A DNA stretch of 64,000 bases from Sphaerobacteraceae bacterium. Its GTDB lineage: Bacteria > Chloroflexota > Chloroflexia > Thermomicrobiales > UBA6265. The notes beneath the pieces were generated by a model. It ran no database searches. It was not told the DNA's origin and saw nothing but the letters and a program-made list of their open reading frames with translations. Within the stretch, counting starts at the first letter, position 1; each line of letters opens with the position of its first letter. Positions 59,052 to 64,000 of this stretch are shown here, in pieces. Location of the stretch: contig JADDPH010000051.1 of the NCBI GenBank assembly GCA_016781925.1, positions 6,749 to 70,748 on the forward strand, read 5' to 3'. Both the position numbers and the translations under genes were made by a program.

Positions 59052-59894
59052 CTAACGTTCCTTTCCGGGCAGCGAGGAGAGCGCGCCCGTCGTCTCGTAG
59101 AAGTGGTTCACAGGCGAATGGCCGCTACCGATGGCGTAGCTGTGTCGGAGCGCGTCGGTGATGAACGTTTTCGCCTGCACGATCGCGTCGAGCGTCTCCG
59201 CTCCGCCGGCGAGATAAGCGGCGATGGCCGCGGAGAATGTGCACCCCGTGCCGTGGGTGTTCGAGGTGTAGATGCGCTCCGACGGCAGCTCGACGAAGGT
59301 GCTGCCGTCGTAGACCAGATCCACCGGATCGCCGTCCCGATGGCCTCCCTTGACGACCACGTACGCGCAGCCCATTTCGGCAATTGCACGGGCGGCGTCA
59401 CGCGCCTCACCATCGCTTGTGATCCGGCGGCCCACCAGCACCTCGGCCTCCGGGATGTTCGGGGTGACGACGTGCGCGATTGGCAAGAGGAAACTCTTCA
59501 ACGCGTCCTCGGCGTTGAGCTGCAGGAGGCGGTCTCCGCTCTTGGCCACCATGACCGGATCGACGACGAGTTTCGAGACGCCCCAGGCGTCGAGCCGATC
59601 GGCGACAACCTCGATGATGGTGGGGCTGGAGAGCATCCCGGTCTTGCCGGCATCGGCCCCGATATCCTCCATGAGGAGGTCAATCTGGGCGACGATGATC
59701 TCCTCCGGCACCTCTGCCACGGCGAAGACCCCGCGCGTGTTCTGAGCGGTTACGGCGGTCAGCGCCGACGTTCCGTAGACACCGAGCGCCGCGAACGTTT
59801 TGAGGTCGGCCTGGATGCCGGCACCGGCACCCGAGTCGGATCCGGCGACAGTGATGGCTTTGGGGGGAGTCAGAACGGGAGGGTGATCAAGCAC
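59052..59894 (-). CDS. thiD: Hydroxymethylpyrimidine/phosphomethylpyrimidine kinase
   Basis: The sequence includes ITVAGSDSGAGAGIQADLKTFAALGVYG...VVDPVMVAKSGD...NTHGTGCTFSAAIAA. The GTG at 59894 has an AGAGG SD. The TTG at 59939 is an alternative start. Confidence 0.9.
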   Translation of the reverse strand: MLDHPPVLTPPKAITVAGSDSGAGAGIQADLKTFAALGVYGTSALTAVTAQNTRGVFAVAEVPEEIIVAQIDLLMEDIGADAGKTGMLSSPTIIEVVADRLDAWGVSKLVVDPVMVAKSGDRLLQLNAEDALKSFLLPIAHVVTPNIPEAEVLVGRRITSDGEARDAARAIAEMGCAYVVVKGGHRDGDPVDLVYDGSTFVELPSERIYTSNTHGTGCTFSAAIAAYLAGGAETLDAIVQAKTFITDALRHSYAIGSGHSPVNHFYETTGALSSLPGKER

Positions 59895-59984
59895 GAGAGC
59901 GCCTCTGTGGCGGACCGCGGTGGCCCGAAAACGCAACAACGCCGGCGGCGAGGCCGGCGGCGCGTGAGGATGCCCGTCGTTGGG

Positions 59985-60080
59985 GCCGTTGCCGTCCCTT
60001 CGCCGGTACGAGCCGGATCAGGTTCGGAGGGTTGGTAGCCGATTTGGCCACACTCTCAGCGCGCCGCGCACCCCTGGCAA
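59985..60080 (-). promoter_or_regulatory. TPP (THI-box) riboswitch upstream of thiD
   Basis: The minus strand reads GGGGTGCGCGGCGCGCTGAGAGTG...AACCCTCCGAACCTGATCCGGCTCGTACCGGCGAAGGGACGG. This contains the conserved GGGGUGC, CUGAGA, ACCC, GAACCUGAUCCGG..UACCGGCG and AGGGA elements. Confidence 0.88.
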
Positions 60081-60201
60081 CCGTTGAGACGAGGGTACCA
60101 CGGCGGCAGGAACGCCGCCAAGGCAGAGAAGGCCAATGGTATACTCCGGATACCCTTGCGCCGTCCGGCGCGTCGATCATCCATCACCTGAGGAGCCGCC
60201 C

Positions 60202-60561
60202 GTGAACGTGCTTGAGGGGCTGCAGAACATCCGTTACCGGCTGGAAGCGAACGGCGCCGATGCCGCCTCGATCCAGGTGGTCGATCAGATCATGCGGCGG
60301 GCCGCGTTGCCGGCTGCGGCACCGGCGTCTGCGAATTCGCTTATTCAACTCGTGCGGATGCTGATGCGAACTCCAGCCGCGAACGGAAACGTGCGAATCT
60401 ACAACGACTTCGTGCGATTGGAAGAGGAATTGGATGTTGCCGGCACGGCGGCTCGGGAGCGGCAGGCTCTTGAGGACGCGAAGCCGGTTCCGAAGACGAA
60501 AAAGTTCTACAAGGAGCAGAAGGAGCGCGAGAAGCAGGCCAACCGGGGGTCCGGTTCGTAG
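60202..60561 (+). CDS. Hypothetical protein (119 aa) with a Lys/Glu-rich tail
   Basis: The GTG at 60202 has AGGAG 6 nt upstream. The sequence is clean and coding-like (LIQLVRMLMRTPAANGNVRIYNDFVRLEEEL...KKFYKEQKEREKQ). I recognise no family. Confidence 0.5.
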   Translation: MNVLEGLQNIRYRLEANGADAASIQVVDQIMRRAALPAAAPASANSLIQLVRMLMRTPAANGNVRIYNDFVRLEEELDVAGTAARERQALEDAKPVPKTKKFYKEQKEREKQANRGSGS

Positions 60562-60632
60562 CAGCTGAACGCTCCGGGGCCTGGTAGCGCAACTCGCCCG
60601 CCGCCGGGGACCCCCAGGCCATGACCGGATAG

Positions 60633-61952
60633 ATGCGTGGTGCCGACGGGCGATGCGTGGAGGGTGAGGACGTGGTCCAGGAGATTCGTCTGGTTCCGGA
60701 GGATCTCATCCCCAGGGTGGTCGGGCGGTACTCGCCGGTGGTGGTGGACCGCGGCGAGGGGATTTACGTCTGGGACATCGACGGCAACCGCTGGACGGAC
60801 TTCACCTCTGGCATTGCTGTCACCAACACCGGGCACTGTCATCCGCGGGTCGTGCAGGCGATTCAGGAGCAAGCCGGAAAGATCATCCACGCCCAGGCCA
60901 ATATCTTTGCCCACGAGCCGATGATGCGCGCGGCGGTCGAGTTGACGTCGACGCTGCCTGCCAATCTCAACCAGGTCTTCTTCACGAACAGCGGCGCGGA
61001 GGCCATCGAGGGTGCGCTGAAACTGGCGAAGATCGCGACCGGGCGCCCGGCGGTCATCGCGTTCCGCGGCGCGTTTCACGGCAGGACGCACGCGGCGATG
61101 ACGGTGACGACATCGCGGGCGAAGGTGCGGGGCCACTATGAGCCACTCTTGCCGAGCGTCTACCACGCGCCGTATCCCTACGTCTTCCGCAGCCCCTACA
61201 AGGGACCGCCAGAGGACGCCGACCTGCACTACTTCGCGGAGCTGAAGCAACTCTTCGACACGACGGTGATGCCGGACGATGTCGCGGCAATCCTGATGGA
61301 AACGGTGCTGGGCGAGGGGGGGTACATCGTGCCACCGGCGCGGTGGGTGCAGAACGTGCGCCGGCTCTGCGACGAGCACGGGATCCTCTTGATCATGGAT
61401 GAGATCCAGTCGGGCATGGGCCGCACCGGGAAGATGTGGGGATTTGAGCACTTCGGCGTCACCCCCGACATCATGACGGTGGCCAAGGGAATCGCCTCCG
61501 GGATGCCCGTCAGCGCCGTTGTCTCGGACCGGGCGATCATGGACAAATGGGCGCCGGGTTCCCATGGGGGGACCTACGGCGGCAACGCGGTCGGCACGGC
61601 CGCTGCCCTCGCGACGCTGCAGGTGATCGAGGATGAGGGACTGGTCGACAACGCGGCGCGGATGGGACGAATCCTCATGGACGGCCTGCGCGACATCCAA
61701 GCCGATCACCCGGTCATCGGCGACGTGCGGGGATTGGGCCTGATGGTCGCAACAGAGTTCGTGACTGAGGACGGCGGACCGAATGCTGCTGCGGCGGCAA
61801 AGGTGATCGCGTCCTGCATGGAGCAGCGGGTCTTGCTGCTGACCTGCGGCACGTACGATCAAGCGATCCGGATCATCCCGCCGTTGACGGTGAACGAGGC
61901 CCAGATCGTCGAGTTCCTGGCCGTCTACCGGCGTGCAGTCGCCGCCATCTGA
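60633..61952 (+). CDS. Class-III PLP aminotransferase (GabT/ArgD-like)
   Basis: The sequence includes VVDRGEGIYVWDIDGNRWTDFTSGIAVTNTGHCHP, FTNSGAEAIEGALK, DEIQSGMGRTGKMW and TVAKGIASG (PLP Lys). An alternative GTG start at 60672 has GGAGGG 7 nt upstream. Confidence 0.88.
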   Translation: MRGADGRCVEGEDVVQEIRLVPEDLIPRVVGRYSPVVVDRGEGIYVWDIDGNRWTDFTSGIAVTNTGHCHPRVVQAIQEQAGKIIHAQANIFAHEPMMRAAVELTSTLPANLNQVFFTNSGAEAIEGALKLAKIATGRPAVIAFRGAFHGRTHAAMTVTTSRAKVRGHYEPLLPSVYHAPYPYVFRSPYKGPPEDADLHYFAELKQLFDTTVMPDDVAAILMETVLGEGGYIVPPARWVQNVRRLCDEHGILLIMDEIQSGMGRTGKMWGFEHFGVTPDIMTVAKGIASGMPVSAVVSDRAIMDKWAPGSHGGTYGGNAVGTAAALATLQVIEDEGLVDNAARMGRILMDGLRDIQADHPVIGDVRGLGLMVATEFVTEDGGPNAAAAAKVIASCMEQRVLLLTCGTYDQAIRIIPPLTVNEAQIVEFLAVYRRAVAAI

Positions 61953-62177
61953 GCGTGGCTGGTCTTCACCTGCCTCAAGAATCGTGCTGCCGGGGGCGTC
62001 CATAACAGGCGCCCCCATTCGCTTGGTCTTAGGGCCAACAGGGGCGCGGCCTCCCCTCGCCTCACCAGGATCTCCGTCTTATCGGATGGTCAGCGCGTTC
62101 GTCGCGATGACATCCAAATCGGGAGAGACGTAGACCGTCCCGGAATCGGTGCCTGGGAAGGTACCGCGCAGGCCCCC

Positions 62178-63596
62178 TCAAGCGTAGATCTCGTCGTCGC
62201 AGCAGAGATTGGCCCGGACGCCCTCGGCCAACCGTTCGTAGATGTGGAGGATGGCAGTCGCCACAGCGGGCCAGGTGAACCGAGACGCACATCGGAGGGC
62301 GCCCTCAGAGAGGTCCGTGCGGTACATGTCATTGGACAGGACCCGGTGGAGCGCGGCGGCGAGCGCCTCCGGCTGCTGGGGTGGGACCAGGAGGCCGGAA
62401 ACCTCGTCTTCCACGGTGAATGTAAGCCCACCGGCGTTCGACGCCACAACCGGCGTGCCAGACGCCATCGCTTCTACCGCGACGAGCCCAAACGACTCGT
62501 AACGGGACGGAACGGCGACCACGTCGGCGGCCGCGTAGAAATAGGGCAATTGGTCCTGCGGCTGAGATCCAATGAACCGGAATTGATCCGCGACCCCCAG
62601 GTCGGCCGCTTCGCTTGCGACGGTGGCCAGCGCGCCCATCGGTCGGCCTTGCTCATCCACCTCCCCGCCAATAAAGACCACGGTCGGGGGTGGACCCGGC
62701 AGAGTGGCGAGCTGACGGACGGCCTGGAGAAGAGTTTCGATGCCTTTGATGGGATCGACACGGCCAACGAACAGGATGATCCGCGCATCCGCCTCGAGGC
62801 CGAGGCGGCGTCGGGCGTCTGCGCGATCCCTGGGGAAAAAGAGATCGAGGTCGACGCCGGGTGGCACAGTGCAGACCTTGTCGGTCGGGGTGTGCTGACG
62901 CCAGATTAAGTCGGCGCGCTCTGCTGGATTCGCTGCAATCAGACTGTCGGCAAGTTGAATAAGGTGTCGCTCAATCTGGAGGCGCAGGGCGGGCTCGCGG
63001 TGTCCGGGACCAGACACCGCGTTTTTCATATGAGCGGTCGTGTGGAACATGTGGACGAAGGGAGTATCCCAGTAACGCCGGAGGAGGTGGGCTGCCCAAC
63101 CGGAAAGCCAATAGTGGCTATGGACGACATCGTACCGGACACCTTGCCGAAGCGAGAAAAGGACAGCTTCGGCGGCGAAATCGGGGAGGAAAGGGAAGAT
63201 GTCCTGCTTGTCGATGGGCTGTGACGGGCCAGCAGTGACATTGATGATCCTCACGCCGGGGCAGAGGATCGTGAGTTCGGGCGTGTGGGGATCTAAGCGG
63301 CGGGTAAAGATGTCGACTTCGAGCCCGAGGCGGGCCAATTGACAGGCGAGATCCCGGACGTAGACGTTCATCCCGCCGGCATCGTTTCGCCCAAGTGCGG
63401 CAAGCGGGGAGGTATGAACGCAGATGAAGGCGGCGCGACGGAGCGGGGTGTCGGTCTCGTAACCGAAGATCGACGGCCCCTGGTAGCCGTAGGGATTCAC
63501 GAGGTTGAATCTGCCTTTCGCTGCGGAGCGTCCCGAATGGAGGCGTGGAGCACTGAGGATGCCCCGGTCCTTCGGTGTCTCTCGTCTGTGGCGCAA
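62178..63596 (-). CDS. GT4 glycosyltransferase, MshA-like
   Basis: The N-terminal signature is VHTSPLAALGRNDAGGMNVYVRDLACQLARLGLEVDIFTR. The C-terminal motif is VPSRYESFGLVAVEAMASGTPVV. The start is uncertain. Confidence 0.82.
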   Translation of the reverse strand: MRHRRETPKDRGILSAPRLHSGRSAAKGRFNLVNPYGYQGPSIFGYETDTPLRRAAFICVHTSPLAALGRNDAGGMNVYVRDLACQLARLGLEVDIFTRRLDPHTPELTILCPGVRIINVTAGPSQPIDKQDIFPFLPDFAAEAVLFSLRQGVRYDVVHSHYWLSGWAAHLLRRYWDTPFVHMFHTTAHMKNAVSGPGHREPALRLQIERHLIQLADSLIAANPAERADLIWRQHTPTDKVCTVPPGVDLDLFFPRDRADARRRLGLEADARIILFVGRVDPIKGIETLLQAVRQLATLPGPPPTVVFIGGEVDEQGRPMGALATVASEAADLGVADQFRFIGSQPQDQLPYFYAAADVVAVPSRYESFGLVAVEAMASGTPVVASNAGGLTFTVEDEVSGLLVPPQQPEALAAALHRVLSNDMYRTDLSEGALRCASRFTWPAVATAILHIYERLAEGVRANLCCDDEIYA

Positions 63597-63679
63597 GATC
63601 GAAGCCTCGTCGTCGCTCGGGACGCGAGGATGCCCACTTACCAGATGATAGCAGAGGCCGTTGAGGTAAGGAACTGACT

Positions 63680-64000
63680 TCAGGCGCGCTCAGGTCCAAG
63701 GAGGCCGTACGAGCCGTCCCGCCGCCGGTAGACCACGTTCATCTGATCCTCCTCGGCATTTTGGAAGAGGTAGAAGTCGTGGCCGAGAAGCTCCAGTTGG
63801 TCGATGGCGTCCTCGACGTGCATTGGTTTCATGGCGAACCGCTTGCTGCGGACGAGCGCGGGGAGGGATGTCTCCTCGTCGTCCGTGTCATCAGCGACGG
63901 TGTCAGGAACGACCAACTCCGTCCGCCGGCCCTTCCGGTCGGTGCGCTTGTCGTGGTATCGCCGGATCTGTCGAGCCATCTTATTGACGACCTGGTCAAT
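63680..64000 (-). CDS. hpf: Ribosome hibernation promoting factor, long form (3' part; the 5' end lies beyond the window)
   Basis: The C-terminal dimerisation domain is KRFAMKPMHVEDAIDQLELLGHDFYLFQNAEEDQMNVVYRRRDGSYGLL. The frame stays open to the window edge (..VVNKMARQIRRYHDK). Confidence 0.8.
   Translation of the reverse strand: MDQVVNKMARQIRRYHDKRTDRKGRRTELVVPDTVADDTDDEETSLPALVRSKRFAMKPMHVEDAIDQLELLGHDFYLFQNAEEDQMNVVYRRRDGSYGLLGPERA

Overview
This is a high-GC (roughly 65-68% by eye) bacterial chromosomal window made up mostly of housekeeping genes. I guess a Chloroflexota/Thermomicrobia-like organism from gene content, but that is inference only.

Supported genes, in order:
- Start of window: cysteine desulfurase with an Rrf2 regulator, an M50/CBS protease, rpoN, a SnoaL-like protein, an orphan AAA+ ATPase, and a Cu/Zn SOD.
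- A frameshifted secreted SH3b-CE4 deacetylase-lectin-TIG gene, then tRNA-Arg, two tRNA-Ser genes and serS.
- An HNH protein, uvrA, a serine hydrolase, an IS481-family IS, and a T-box leader with valS.
- A 3-methyladenine DNA glycosylase (AAG/Mpg family), mutL, metG coupled to a GT2 gene, and a decayed sugar-ABC operon.
- thrC, nfo, an aldehyde dehydrogenase, a nuoG-like/nuoI-like pair, gatB and gdh.
- Two TrkA-type genes, usp, a metallophosphoesterase, mnmG, secA, an M14 carboxypeptidase and an MGMT-like protein.
- A TPP-riboswitch thiD-thiG-thiE-(ThiE/TenI::ThiS) operon, a class-III aminotransferase, an MshA-like GT4, and the 3' part of hpf.

Many long ORFs in the track are antisense or out-of-frame artefacts of the high GC content, and I rejected them.

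I did not find a CRISPR array, a defence island, a biosynthetic cluster or any convincing new multi-gene system. The loci that most deserve a second look are:
1. A sugar-binding-protein gene broken into two homology-overlapping pieces around a 5'-truncated SDR fragment.
2. A one-base frameshift splitting a multidomain secreted deacetylase.
3. A ~40-bp inverted repeat pair bracketing the serine-hydrolase gene.
4. An IS481-type element whose right end places a perfect TTGACA in front of the valS T-box leader.
5. A structured, M-box-like leader upstream of a SnoaL-like gene.
6. An rpoN with a Cys4 insertion.
7. A ThiE/TenI-ThiS fusion.

All coordinates and motif calls come from reading the sequence by eye. 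No searches were run.
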